This document shows, one piece after another, positions 26,777 to 36,065 of a stretch of DNA of 64,000 nt. The DNA comes from a virus (taxonomy: Duplodnaviria > Caudoviricetes): the IMG/VR virus record IMGVR_UViG_3300043427_000994; one strand, written 5' to 3'. Below the pieces are notes generated by a model. It was not told the DNA's origin and did not search any database. It worked only from the letters and a program-made list of their open reading frames with translations. The position numbers and the translations under genes were made by a program. Within the stretch, counting starts at the first letter, position 1. Each line of letters begins with the position of its first letter.

Positions 26777-27117
26777 TTATCACTCCTATCGTAGGTGCCT
26801 TTTTCTATTCTTTCTTTTTCATTATGAAACATCTTTTCGGCTAATTCTTTGATTTCAGCATCAGAAAAAATATCTTTAGGATTTTTTCTAATTTTAAATT
26901 TTTTACAGTATGAATCAATTCCTTTTTTAATACAACCGTGAAAGTGATCTTGTTGACAACCTTGTCCACTTTTTAATTTATGTTTCATATCCGATATAGC
27001 AGGATATAGAATTTTTCTATAAAACAAAGGATCGTTATTCATAAAGAACTGTAAGTCGTCAACTACATTAACGTCTTTAAGTTCATCAATTTTATCTGAA
27101 ATTTCTTTTAATAGCAT
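26773..27117 (-). CDS. hypothetical protein
   Basis: start moved to MLLKEIS, adjacent to upstream stop. Confidence 0.65.
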   Translation of the reverse strand: MLLKEISDKIDELKDVNVVDDLQFFMNNDPLFYRKILYPAISDMKHKLKSGQGCQQDHFHGCIKKGIDSYCKKFKIRKNPKDIFSDAEIKELAEKMFHNEKERIEKGTYDRSDK

Positions 27118-27118
27118 T

Positions 27119-27475
27119 TTACCATTTCCTACATGACCAGTATCTTGCTTTAGTGCGTGGACCCGGATTGTCACAATTATGACGAGCACGGAAACTGCGT
27201 CTACGAGCAGGATTAGATTTTTTGATTTTCATATTTGGGTCGCCAAAATTTACTTTGACGATGTTACCCCGAGGATTACGAACATAGACTTTGAACTTTT
27301 TAACATCGCCCTGCATGGGTTTTCCAAGAGGTACTTTTCGTCCGCGATACTCTGCTTCTTCCAATGTTTCTTCTACATTGCCGTAAAGCAGATAAAAATC
27401 ATCACCGTGGTAGGTTTCTTCTAGCCAATTTGTTACGGCACTTAGAGATTCAAATAGTTCTTTAAAGGTTTTCAT
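27119..27475 (-). CDS. small basic putative internal virion protein
   Basis: leader MKTFKELFE; AEY.GRKV..GKP...KKFKVYV...V.FG...ARRRSFRARH.C...ARYWSC. Confidence 0.7.
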   Translation of the reverse strand: MKTFKELFESLSAVTNWLEETYHGDDFYLLYGNVEETLEEAEYRGRKVPLGKPMQGDVKKFKVYVRNPRGNIVKVNFGDPNMKIKKSNPARRRSFRARHNCDNPGPRTKARYWSCRKW

Positions 27476-27498
27476 AGCGTAAACACTCGTTTATAGAG

Positions 27499-27505
27499 TA
27501 TTTAT
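27499..27505 (-). promoter_or_regulatory. T4-like late promoter core heading the internal-protein array
   Basis: CATAAATAC ~24 nt upstream of the 27475 start. Confidence 0.65.
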
Positions 27506-27522
27506 GCTATTTTACACGACTG

Positions 27523-28173
27523 TTAAATTTCACTGTGGGTCACTAATTCTTCAACTTTTACTACTTTATTGCCTAAATAAAGGCGGCAAATGCTGAGAGT
27601 TTTAGCATCTGCTACATAAATGTACCCACCGTATCTATAAGTACTTGCGTTTATTTTTATCTTAGACATCTTTTCAGCCCACTCTCTAAATACTGATTCG
27701 TCATTGAGCGGCTTTAAAGTAACCTTGTATTTGTGGGTATAGTCTTTTCTAATTATTATCTTAGGTCTACTAAGCAGTAATTCTTTAGTGGTTACGTTTT
27801 CTGGTTTAGAAATTTCTCGCAGTGTAATATTGTTAATGGAAGAAATTTTATCTACAATTTCTTCATTGTTAACATATACTCCTAGTATTGAACCTTCTAC
27901 TCTCAGCGTATAATCATCTACTGTAGTTAGTAATTCAATTATTTTACCAGCAACTATAACGTCACCAACAACAGCATATTTTTTGCTCCAAGTAAAGCCA
28001 ACCCTAATCTTTCCTTCCATATCTGAGTCAAACTTATTACTCAACTCAGTCAAGGATCGTTGGGTATCGACTAGTTTTTTTCCTCTAAAAAAGGTTGCTA
28101 CAGGCGTCAGTATTGACACCTTGTACGCATACCTATCAAAGAATAATTTATTAGTTTTCTTCAAGAATGGCAT
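27523..28173 (-). CDS. hypothetical protein
   Basis: 216-aa ORF downstream of clpA. Confidence 0.75.
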   Translation of the reverse strand: MPFLKKTNKLFFDRYAYKVSILTPVATFFRGKKLVDTQRSLTELSNKFDSDMEGKIRVGFTWSKKYAVVGDVIVAGKIIELLTTVDDYTLRVEGSILGVYVNNEEIVDKISSINNITLREISKPENVTTKELLLSRPKIIIRKDYTHKYKVTLKPLNDESVFREWAEKMSKIKINASTYRYGGYIYVADAKTLSICRLYLGNKVVKVEELVTHSEI

Positions 28174-30388
28174 TTTCTTGTGCTTTTACAATTATTTCGT
28201 TATCAGCAACATCGATTGACACCTTGCCGCCATCCTTAAGTCCGCCAAACAACATTAGTTTAGACAGTGGACGTTTAATGTCTTTATCAATAACACGTTG
28301 TAAAGGACGAGCACCCATCTTGGGATCAAAACCTTTTTCAACAAGGTAGTCAATGGCTTCATTACTAAGTGTAATCTTAATGCCTTTGTCTTTGACCTGT
28401 GTTTTTAACTCAACTAAGAACTTACCAACAATTTTAATCATTGTTTCTTTGCTGAGTTTACCAAAGGTAATTATGCCGTCTAAACGATTGCGGAACTCTG
28501 GAGCAAAGAATTTCTTAAGTTCTTTATCTTCGTACCCGCTGTCTTGTGGACCAAAACCAATTGCGTTTCTATCTGCCTCGGCAGCACCCAAGTTTGTAGT
28601 CATAATCAACACAACATTACGAGCATCTGCTTCTTTACCGTTGCTACCAGTAACCTTACCGTTGTCCATTAATTGTAGAAGGATAGTAGAAACATCGGGA
28701 TGTGACTTTTCGACTTCGTCTAGTAATAATACACAATGTGGATGTTCTTGTAGTTTAGTAATCAGTAGGCCAGCATTTTCTTCAAAGCCAACATAACCTG
28801 GAGGCGATCCAATTAACTTACTAACACTGTGTTTCTCTTGATATTCACTCATATCAAAGCGGATCATAGGAATGCCTAATTGTTTAGCCAACTGTTTGGC
28901 AGTTTCTGTTTTACCTGTACCAGTTGGGCCCATGAATACAAAACTACCTACGGGTTTGTTTTCACTCTTTAATCCTGCTTGTGCTACAAGAATCTTATCG
29001 ACAATTTCTGTAATTGCTTCATCTTGTCCGTAAACCTCTCCTTTGAGATTCTTTTCAAGATTAACAAGATTTGAACTTTCTTTTTCTTTGATAGTGTCCT
29101 CTGGAAGATTTACCATCTTACTAAGTTCAAATTGAATACCAGGTACATCAACAATTTTATCTTCTTTAGAATTAATATTAAATCGCGAGCAAGCAACATC
29201 AATAAGGTCAATTGCTTTATCGGGTAATTTTTTATCTGTCATATAACGCACAGACAATTTAACTGCGGCCTCAATGGCTTCGTCGGTGATAGTAGCACCG
29301 TGATGTTTTTCGTAATATTTTTTAACACCTTTGAGAATATCTACAGCCATTTCTGGAGTAGGCTCATCAACAGTAACACGTTGGAATCGGCGCATTAGGG
29401 CACGATCCTTTTCGAAGTACTTGCGATATTCTTCCCATGTTGTACTGGCAACTACTTTAATATTGCCCTTGCTTAGAGCAGGCTTCATCATGTTAGCAAG
29501 GTCGTTGCTATTTTGACTGCCACCAGCACCCGCACCGTTGATCATGTGTGCTTCGTCAATAAACAATACAGTCTTGCCTCTGCTTTGTAAGGCTTTAAGA
29601 ACAAGTTTAAATCTTTCTTCAAAGTCTCCGCGATACTTACTACCAGCCAACATACTGCTGATATCAAGATTAAAAACAGTATATTCTTTTAAGAAATTTG
29701 GAACATGGTCGTGAATAATGTTATAGGCCAAACCTTCTGCGATGGCAGTTTTACCAACTCCGGGATCGCCTACAAGCAGAATGTTGTTTTTATTTCTACG
29801 TCCTAGTCCTAGCGCAATTTGCTCTAATTCTTCAACTCGTCCAATTACTGGATCAATCTTATGCTTCTTGACCTGTTCATTAAGGTTGGTAGTAAATGAT
29901 TTTAAAGCCTTTTCACTTTGAGCATCAGTGACCTGTTCTTCTTCCTCGTCGATCTCGCTGTTGACAAAGTCAGCAAACTTTTCACGATCAACACCACCTT
30001 TGGTAATATAGTAAACAGCAAAACTGCGCTTTTCACTCAAGGCACTTAGGAATACGTCTACAAGTTCGATACTTTGACGGCCACTGAACAATACCTGTGT
30101 AAACGCACGATTAAGTACACGCTCAACTGTTTGTGTTTTTTTAGGTTTAAATCCTTTTGGAATAGGATCAACTTTAATTTCGTCTAGTTTATTTTTGAGA
30201 TAGTGTTCTAAATTTGTTTTGATATAGTCACAGTCTGCTCCATAGTTAGATAGCAGATCAAAAAACTTTTCTTCGCAAAGCATAGCGAATACGAGATGTT
30301 CTAAAGTTACATACTCGTGACCCAGTTTCTTACAATCTGAAACTGCTTTTTCAAAAACTATTTGTAATTGATCACTTGGTTCTACCAT
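28151..30388 (-). CDS. clpA: ATP-dependent Clp protease ATPase subunit ClpA
   Basis: N-domain, two AAA+ modules (GDPGVGKT/FIDEAH; GPTGTGKT/LLDEVEK), IGF ClpP-docking loop, no ClpB middle domain. Confidence 0.95.
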   Translation of the reverse strand: MVEPSDQLQIVFEKAVSDCKKLGHEYVTLEHLVFAMLCEEKFFDLLSNYGADCDYIKTNLEHYLKNKLDEIKVDPIPKGFKPKKTQTVERVLNRAFTQVLFSGRQSIELVDVFLSALSEKRSFAVYYITKGGVDREKFADFVNSEIDEEEEQVTDAQSEKALKSFTTNLNEQVKKHKIDPVIGRVEELEQIALGLGRRNKNNILLVGDPGVGKTAIAEGLAYNIIHDHVPNFLKEYTVFNLDISSMLAGSKYRGDFEERFKLVLKALQSRGKTVLFIDEAHMINGAGAGGSQNSNDLANMMKPALSKGNIKVVASTTWEEYRKYFEKDRALMRRFQRVTVDEPTPEMAVDILKGVKKYYEKHHGATITDEAIEAAVKLSVRYMTDKKLPDKAIDLIDVACSRFNINSKEDKIVDVPGIQFELSKMVNLPEDTIKEKESSNLVNLEKNLKGEVYGQDEAITEIVDKILVAQAGLKSENKPVGSFVFMGPTGTGKTETAKQLAKQLGIPMIRFDMSEYQEKHSVSKLIGSPPGYVGFEENAGLLITKLQEHPHCVLLLDEVEKSHPDVSTILLQLMDNGKVTGSNGKEADARNVVLIMTTNLGAAEADRNAIGFGPQDSGYEDKELKKFFAPEFRNRLDGIITFGKLSKETMIKIVGKFLVELKTQVKDKGIKITLSNEAIDYLVEKGFDPKMGARPLQRVIDKDIKRPLSKLMLFGGLKDGGKVSIDVADNEIIVKAQENAILEEN

Positions 30389-30878
30389 TTAATTTCCTTT
30401 GTTTTTTAACAGCAAGATCTAATTTTAATTTGCTTACTTTTTTAGTAAACGTAATTCCGTCTAAATGATCTATCTCATGTTGGACACACTTCGCATCGTA
30501 TCCTGATAGTGTCATTATACACTCTTTATTGTCTGTGTCAAGATATTTTACAGTCACTGAGTTTGGTCTGTTTACTTTAATAAAAAGATTTGGAAAACTA
30601 AGACAGCCCTCTTCGTCAACCGTTTCTATTTCAGCATTAACTACTTCTGGGTTAAACATAGCAAATGCCGCTTGACCTTTTGGTTTAATTACAATAACTC
30701 GACGATTAAATCCCACTTGATTAGCACTAATGCCTATGCCAAACTCGTCTTCCATTATGGCAGTCATTACTCTTTCAATTTCTTTAGGATCTAAGTCGCA
30801 GTTAAAATCAAACGGTTCTAATTTTGTGTAAAGTATTGGATCTGGATCTATTCTAAGTTGAAACTCACTAATTAGCAT
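30372..30878 (-). CDS. def: peptide deformylase
   Basis: [13 protein letters not shown] and QHEIDHLDG motifs. Confidence 0.97.
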   Translation of the reverse strand: MLISEFQLRIDPDPILYTKLEPFDFNCDLDPKEIERVMTAIMEDEFGIGISANQVGFNRRVIVIKPKGQAAFAMFNPEVVNAEIETVDEEGCLSFPNLFIKVNRPNSVTVKYLDTDNKECIMTLSGYDAKCVQHEIDHLDGITFTKKVSKLKLDLAVKKQRKLNGRTK

Positions 30879-31683
30879 ACCGTTTAGATAATTCCTCTAC
30901 AATTAATTTGTCTTCGGTGAAAATATTCTTTGGAATTGATACTTTGATCTGTAAAAATAAATGACCACGACGTACATCATTAAATCCGGGTAACCCGTAT
31001 CCGTCGCATTTAATCATTTGATCTGGTTGAATTCCTGCCGGTATGTTAACATCCAATTGACGATTATCGATAGTGTTGACTCTTATAGTTTTTCCTAATA
31101 CTGCGTCAAAGGCGGTAATTTTATATTCCATATATAAATCTTTACCGTTTCTTGTAAAAATATGATGCGGAATTTCTATAATTTGAGCTATAAGGTCGCC
31201 CCTAGGGATCCCAGGTATACTATCGTCTCCCATACCTCTAAATTTTATAGTGTCTCCAGTTACTACTCCGGGGGGAATGTTTAGATTAATAGTTTCGTCT
31301 CGACCACTCATTAATCTAATGTTCCCAACTACTTCTTTACCTTTAAAAATTTCTTCTAGAGTCATCTCTACACGAATGTTTATACTACGATTTCTATTGT
31401 TTCGTGCTTGCCTAAATCCATTAAATGGACCGCCACTGAACATAGCGCCAAATATGTCATCCATGTTTCCAGTATGGAACGCAAACTGTGGTTGTGGATT
31501 ATCGTACTGAGAACGTTTTTGGTCGTCTCCAAGTACAGCATAAGCCTCTTGAATTTTTTGGAAATAGGAATTATCACCACCTCGGTCTGGATGATGTTTC
31601 ATTGCTAATTTTCTATAGGCTTTCTTAATGTCATCCTGGGACGCATTTCGAGGTACACCTAAAATTTGATAATAATCTGTCAT
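30868..31683 (-). CDS. dnaJ: DnaJ/CbpA-like co-chaperone (no Zn finger)
   Basis: J-domain [23 protein letters not shown] linker, C-terminal substrate domain. Confidence 0.93.
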   Translation of the reverse strand: MTDYYQILGVPRNASQDDIKKAYRKLAMKHHPDRGGDNSYFQKIQEAYAVLGDDQKRSQYDNPQPQFAFHTGNMDDIFGAMFSGGPFNGFRQARNNRNRSINIRVEMTLEEIFKGKEVVGNIRLMSGRDETINLNIPPGVVTGDTIKFRGMGDDSIPGIPRGDLIAQIIEIPHHIFTRNGKDLYMEYKITAFDAVLGKTIRVNTIDNRQLDVNIPAGIQPDQMIKCDGYGLPGFNDVRRGHLFLQIKVSIPKNIFTEDKLIVEELSKRYAN

Positions 31684-31692
31684 ATTGGTAAA

Positions 31693-31724
31693 AAAAGGTA
31701 TAGTAAAATTATACTATACCTTTT
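31693..31724 (-). terminator. terminator of lysis operon
   Basis: perfect 13-bp inverted repeat AAAAGGTATAGTA/TACTATACCTTTT, 6-nt loop, U-tract. Confidence 0.8.
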
Positions 31725-31736
31725 AATTTATGTCAA
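31708..31736 (-). promoter_or_regulatory. sigma70-type promoter for dnaJ-def-clpA
   Basis: TTGACA-17 nt-TATAAT; -10 box lies in the terminator loop. Confidence 0.85.
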
Positions 31737-31742
31737 GTCCAA

Positions 31743-31985
31743 TTATTTTTTGGCTGGTTCAGACTTTTTCTTATCATCCTTTTTAGCAGGAGCCTTGTCT
31801 GGAACTTTGGTTCCTTCGTGCTTTTTATGGATTTTAACTGTCTTACAAACTTCTTTGTCCTTACCAGTCTTAGCGTCTTTCTGCGTTACACAGACTTTTT
31901 TAGTTTCTGGTTTGTCTCCGTCGGCAGCATAAGTTGGGTATGATACTGCTAGAGCTAGACCTGCTGCAAAAATTAAATGTTTCAT
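31743..31985 (-). CDS. small secreted basic protein
   Basis: signal peptide ending YA-AD; two Cys; Lys-rich. Confidence 0.75.
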   Translation of the reverse strand: MKHLIFAAGLALAVSYPTYAADGDKPETKKVCVTQKDAKTGKDKEVCKTVKIHKKHEGTKVPDKAPAKKDDKKKSEPAKK

Positions 31986-31996
31986 AATCTTTTCCT

Positions 31997-32503
31997 TTAT
32001 AGTTCTGGTTGTTCTGGTTGTACCGGCATTGGTTTACCTGAACTTGAAAACGCTGTAGGCGCAGGTGAACCAAAACTTGGTGTTGGTGCTGGTTTAGCAG
32101 CCGGAGCACTAAAACTTGGTGCTGGTGTTGGAGCACTAAAACTTGGTGCTGGGCTTGGCGCACTAAAACTTGGAGTTGGAGTTGCCGAAGGTAAATTTAA
32201 ACCACCGTTGTTGGCTCCAGCCATCTTTTCTTGTGTACGTCCGTAAGCGGCAATACCAAGTATAGCACCCATAGCAATATGGAATAATCCAGCGCCTTGT
32301 AGGGTAATAGGAACCCATTGTGCTTTAACTTCTCCACCACCGTGAACTTGTACAATACTCCATAGAATTGGAAATACAACAAAGTCTGCCATACAGACTA
32401 CCATGTACATCCAACCCATCATTGGACGCCATTTATTATTCATCCAATCTTCTTTTTTCTTTTCGCTGTCACTCATTTTTGCGTATTCTTCTGCTGTTGC
32501 CAT
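31997..32503 (-). CDS. putative holin (GTA 3TM-holin-like) with Pro-rich tail
   Basis: WRPMMGW...LGIAAYGRT.EK pattern; position in lysis cassette. Confidence 0.65.
   Translation of the reverse strand: MATAEEYAKMSDSEKKKEDWMNNKWRPMMGWMYMVVCMADFVVFPILWSIVQVHGGGEVKAQWVPITLQGAGLFHIAMGAILGIAAYGRTQEKMAGANNGGLNLPSATPTPSFSAPSPAPSFSAPTPAPSFSAPAAKPAPTPSFGSPAPTAFSSSGKPMPVQPEQPEL
32103..32183. repeat. 3x27-bp tandem repeat (PAPSFSAPx)
   Basis: GGAGCACTAAAACTTGGTGCTGG-like units at 32103, 32130 and 32157. Confidence 0.9.
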
Positions 32504-32535
32504 TCTTTGCGCTCCTTTCGGCTAAAATAATACTA

Positions 32536-32796
32536 CTATTTAACTGCTTTGTTATAAATTTCTTTCTGCTGTTTATGCCACTCGATAAAAGCATCGATTT
32601 TAACACGGCATTCGTAGTAAGTTCCATAGTTTTGAACTACAGTGTCTAACAGTTTGCTTAGTTCTGGTGATTTTTCTGCTTCTTTAAGATCCGGACAGCT
32701 CTGCGCTATATCGGCAGGTATATCTGGAAACTTAGGAGCAGTAGTTAAACATCCTGTTAAGAATATTATAGGAACTAACAATAACAATTTTTTCAT
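32536..32796 (-). CDS. o-spanin (outer-membrane lipoprotein)
   Basis: LTGC lipobox, Pro-rich segment, directly after i-spanin. Confidence 0.75.
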   Translation of the reverse strand: MKKLLLLVPIIFLTGCLTTAPKFPDIPADIAQSCPDLKEAEKSPELSKLLDTVVQNYGTYYECRVKIDAFIEWHKQQKEIYNKAVK

Positions 32797-33263
32797 TTGT
32801 TAGGCTCCATTTTTTTATTTTTTGCGGCATTATTAAGAATATCTATCGCCTCCGGTGCGACTTTGCACTCTTGATTAATAATTTTTTCTACTTCTTTTAT
32901 CTTATCTTGATATACAATAACGTTTTCTTTAACTGTTTTAACTCTGTCACGATATTGAATAACAATTTTTTCATTAACTACCTTGGCTTGCTCTTCAGCA
33001 ATCCTTGCTTTTTCTTCTGCTACTCTAAGTTTCTCTCTCCAACTGGCTTCTGTATCATATCCGCCTCTGAAATAAACACCAGCAACTAGTAACGCTATAC
33101 TGATTATTTGAATTAAGAGGTGATATGGAGCCAATGCTGGAAACCATCTTACAATTCGATGTAGCAAAAAGAATGAAAGTAAAGACCCAACGATACCCAT
33201 GAGCAGTATAACATTGACTGCCCACAGAAGAAAACTGTCAGGTATAAAACTTAACATCCACAT
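32793..33263 (-). CDS. i-spanin (Rz-like)
   Basis: N-terminal TM helices, coiled coil, C-terminal Cys; follows endolysin. Confidence 0.7.
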   Translation of the reverse strand: MWMLSFIPDSFLLWAVNVILLMGIVGSLLSFFLLHRIVRWFPALAPYHLLIQIISIALLVAGVYFRGGYDTEASWREKLRVAEEKARIAEEQAKVVNEKIVIQYRDRVKTVKENVIVYQDKIKEVEKIINQECKVAPEAIDILNNAAKNKKMEPNK

Positions 33264-33265
33264 TA

Positions 33266-33895
33266 TTAATGTGCTCCAAGAACATGTAGTGCGTGATTAT
33301 AATGTTTGATGCGATCCTCTAGGCCAATAGTACCGCCGTTAATACGTTTAGTCAATGTTAGGATGTCGCCCTTGTCTGCCCATTGATTTAGGTTATTAGT
33401 TTCCCAGAACCAGCAGGCACTTTGTACAGCGCCTTCAAATGTTTCTAGATATTCCGATGCTTCCTCGACCGAGATTTCAAGACTAGCGGCAAACCAACTA
33501 TAATTTTCTTTGCCGGTAAGTTGGATAAGACCTCTACCGCAGTAACGGAATCCGTCACCGGAATCTTCTGGTCCGTTACCCATGCGATTGCCATAAATTC
33601 TGTTAGCGATTTTTGCTGGTTGTTTTTCATATGCTCTTGCTTCGTCTAATGTTTTAAAATATTTTGGAAACACTTTAAGTAGACTTTCTGCTTTATAGTT
33701 TAAATTTTCTTTTAGAAATTTAAATCCACCACTCTCGTGGGCACATTGTGCAATAAAAGCCGCTAGTCTATGTGGAGTATTAATCTCATACTCGGGACAA
33801 ATTTCACAGATTGCGTCATACCACTGATCAATATAAGGATTACCTTTTATTAATTCTGTTAGATCCGATTTAGTAAAGTTAAATGTAAAACTCAT
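33266..33895 (-). CDS. glycoside hydrolase family 19 endolysin
   Basis: AAFIAQCAHESGGF..LKENLNY, YCGRGLIQLTG, TKRINGG..GL.DR; start MSFTFN after GGAG. Confidence 0.92.
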   Translation of the reverse strand: MSFTFNFTKSDLTELIKGNPYIDQWYDAICEICPEYEINTPHRLAAFIAQCAHESGGFKFLKENLNYKAESLLKVFPKYFKTLDEARAYEKQPAKIANRIYGNRMGNGPEDSGDGFRYCGRGLIQLTGKENYSWFAASLEISVEEASEYLETFEGAVQSACWFWETNNLNQWADKGDILTLTKRINGGTIGLEDRIKHYNHALHVLGAH

Positions 33896-34637
33896 TAATT
33901 TTCTCCAAAATAATCGCATGTCCTTTATTTTCGAACATGAATTTGTTACCAAGTTTGGTAATATTAAAGTTTCCTATGTACTTGGTTAGGAACATAACGT
34001 CAGCCATATCTTTCATGCCAACGGCTATGCGATCTTCTACACTTTCTAATATTGCTCTAGTTTCGCCCGATTTAATATATCTAAATTTCAATGGCTGAGC
34101 ATAGATTTTCTTAAACTCAATAATATCATCGCTCATTTTGATACTTTCCATCATAGTGTTACTAAAGAAATTTTCATAGTTATTCATTTGTTTTTCTTCC
34201 ATACGAGAAACATACTCGTTGGGATTTCTGGGAATAACTTCTTCCAATTGTTCTTTAACAGCATCAAGACTATCAAAACTCTTATGATATCTAAATTTAA
34301 AATCATCAATACCTGTGAGCTTAGAGATTCCATACAACATTTCAGAAATTTGTTCTGAAACTTTACTTGTTCTTTGTAATTCAACAAATACACGATATTT
34401 ACCATCTTCCAATTCACCTGGGCTCATATCCGCATCTAAAACAAAGTTATAACCTTTTTCTACAAAACTTACTAAATCCTCAGCAGGAGCACGGCTTTCT
34501 ACCGTAAAACTCAAAACGACAACATCAGCATCGTCTCCCATTTTAGATTTAAAATTATCTACTTCAAAAATTTTATTAACCAAGTGAATAAGATCACCGG
34601 CTTTTAAACTGTCTTCATTAAGCGGCTGGTGCTGCAT
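33879..34637 (-). CDS. hypothetical protein (possible virion protein)
   Basis: 252-aa ORF with PLNE leader, in late operon. Confidence 0.7.
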   Translation of the reverse strand: MQHQPLNEDSLKAGDLIHLVNKIFEVDNFKSKMGDDADVVVLSFTVESRAPAEDLVSFVEKGYNFVLDADMSPGELEDGKYRVFVELQRTSKVSEQISEMLYGISKLTGIDDFKFRYHKSFDSLDAVKEQLEEVIPRNPNEYVSRMEEKQMNNYENFFSNTMMESIKMSDDIIEFKKIYAQPLKFRYIKSGETRAILESVEDRIAVGMKDMADVMFLTKYIGNFNITKLGNKFMFENKGHAIILEKINEFYI

Positions 34638-35172
34638 TAGGTGCTCCTTCGGCTGGTGGTGCTCCTGCTCCTGCGGCTATTGCTTCGCCTGCTGGTGGAG
34701 GTTGTAATTCTGGGGCTCGTTGGTCGTTGGCTGGCTCAATCTCAGCATCGAGTTGATTCTTGTACCCTCTAAAAATATCAAACATTAATTTTTTAGGCAT
34801 CATAACTTCAACAACCCAAATTGGGTGCTCGTCTAGTTTTCCTAATTTAGTACCTGGACGAATATCGTCGGGCTCTTTAATTTGACGAGGTTTAACAAGT
34901 ATGTCTCGTTGATACTTTACTCTACAGCCATACTCTAATAATCTTTTTCCTGCTTGGGGATTGGGCATCTTTTCTTTAGGCCACATAAAACTAACGGTAA
35001 CCCAGTGACGATCCATTCTAGGTCCGTCTACTAGTTCCCCATCACGCCAGTTTTCAAAAACATACATATCGAGCTCATCAAACACACGCTCAAAGTCTTT
35101 GAGCACAGCAAGGCTTGAGTTGCTGTTATAGATAGTGTCAATGTTCTCAATAATTTCTAAAATATCACGCAT
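34618..35172 (-). CDS. hypothetical protein
   Basis: start moved to MRDILE, downstream of late promoter core. Confidence 0.7.
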   Translation of the reverse strand: MRDILEIIENIDTIYNSNSSLAVLKDFERVFDELDMYVFENWRDGELVDGPRMDRHWVTVSFMWPKEKMPNPQAGKRLLEYGCRVKYQRDILVKPRQIKEPDDIRPGTKLGKLDEHPIWVVEVMMPKKLMFDIFRGYKNQLDAEIEPANDQRAPELQPPPAGEAIAAGAGAPPAEGAPNAAPAA

Positions 35173-35195
35173 TTGTAAGTCATCCTTTGACGAAG

Positions 35196-35202
35196 TATTT
35201 AT
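35196..35202 (-). promoter_or_regulatory. T4-like late promoter core
   Basis: GATAAATAC heading the operon that ends in lysis genes. Confidence 0.6.
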
Positions 35203-35259
35203 CTTGATCATTTTTATATCTTATCAGTTCTGTTTTTTTGTAGATTGTTAAATATTTTG

Positions 35260-35325
35260 GTAGGACCTCTCGCAGTTTGTCCTACACAGTGTAGACAAGC
35301 GACGTCCTACGCTCATAAGGAGAGC
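35260..35325 (+). promoter_or_regulatory. structured 5' leader of phoH
   Basis: GTAGGAC (35260) complementary to two GTCCTAC copies (35279, 35304); GCTC/GAGC stem encloses the AAGGAG RBS. Confidence 0.45.
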
Positions 35326-35330
35326 AGTTA

Positions 35331-36065
35331 ATGACGACAAAACGAGCCAAAAAGCGTTTTCATAACGAAAATGTTATTGAGTTTACACAGTTCAATCACA
35401 CAGTCCCACAAAACCTTCCACAGAAAAAACAGCGAGTACACGTAGTCCCTCGCAACAGAAACCAAGAAGAATATTTACTTAAATTAATTGATCCAGCGAA
35501 AAACATAGTTTTCGCTCTGGGTCCCGCTGGCACGGGCAAAACATTAATAGCGTGTCAAGTCGGTATTAAACTTTTCAAAGAAAAGTTGGTAGATAAGATC
35601 GTGGTAACTCGCCCAGCAGTTTCTGTAGATGAAGAGCACGGATTTCTTCCAGGTACCCTAGAGCAAAAAATGGCTCCATGGACTAGACCAATATTTGATG
35701 TCTTATCCGAGTACTATTACGCCAGGGATATTGAGAATATGATTCGTGAGGGTGTAATTGAAATTAGTCCGTTAGCATTTATGAGAGGTCGAACATTTAA
35801 GAACGCATACATTATTGCTGATGAAATGCAAAATGCTACGCAGAATCAAATGAAAATGCTACTAACGCGACTAGGTGAAGGCTCTAAAATGGTCGTAACA
35901 GGAGATTTAAGGCAAGCCGATAGATTGGAGGATAACGGCTTGATCGACTTCTGCCAGAGACTACAAGACAAAAATTTAGAACATTTAGATCTTGTTCAGT
36001 TCGGTATGAAAGACATCGAACGTCACGAGGCAGTGAAGGAGGTATTATCGATATACGGTGATTAG
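35331..36065 (+). CDS. phoH: PhoH family ATPase
   Basis: GPAGTGKT, TRPAV, GFLPG, AFMRGRT, ADEMQN, TRLG, GD..Q.D. Confidence 0.96.
   Translation: MTTKRAKKRFHNENVIEFTQFNHTVPQNLPQKKQRVHVVPRNRNQEEYLLKLIDPAKNIVFALGPAGTGKTLIACQVGIKLFKEKLVDKIVVTRPAVSVDEEHGFLPGTLEQKMAPWTRPIFDVLSEYYYARDIENMIREGVIEISPLAFMRGRTFKNAYIIADEMQNATQNQMKMLLTRLGEGSKMVVTGDLRQADRLEDNGLIDFCQRLQDKNLEHLDLVQFGMKDIERHEAVKEVLSIYGD

Noticed and set aside
28151-31683. Window being a bacterial chromosome or chimeric contig because of clpA/def/dnaJ/dps/fdxA
   Set aside because: These genes are interleaved and translationally coupled with phage lysis, replication and virion genes and share the same promoter style
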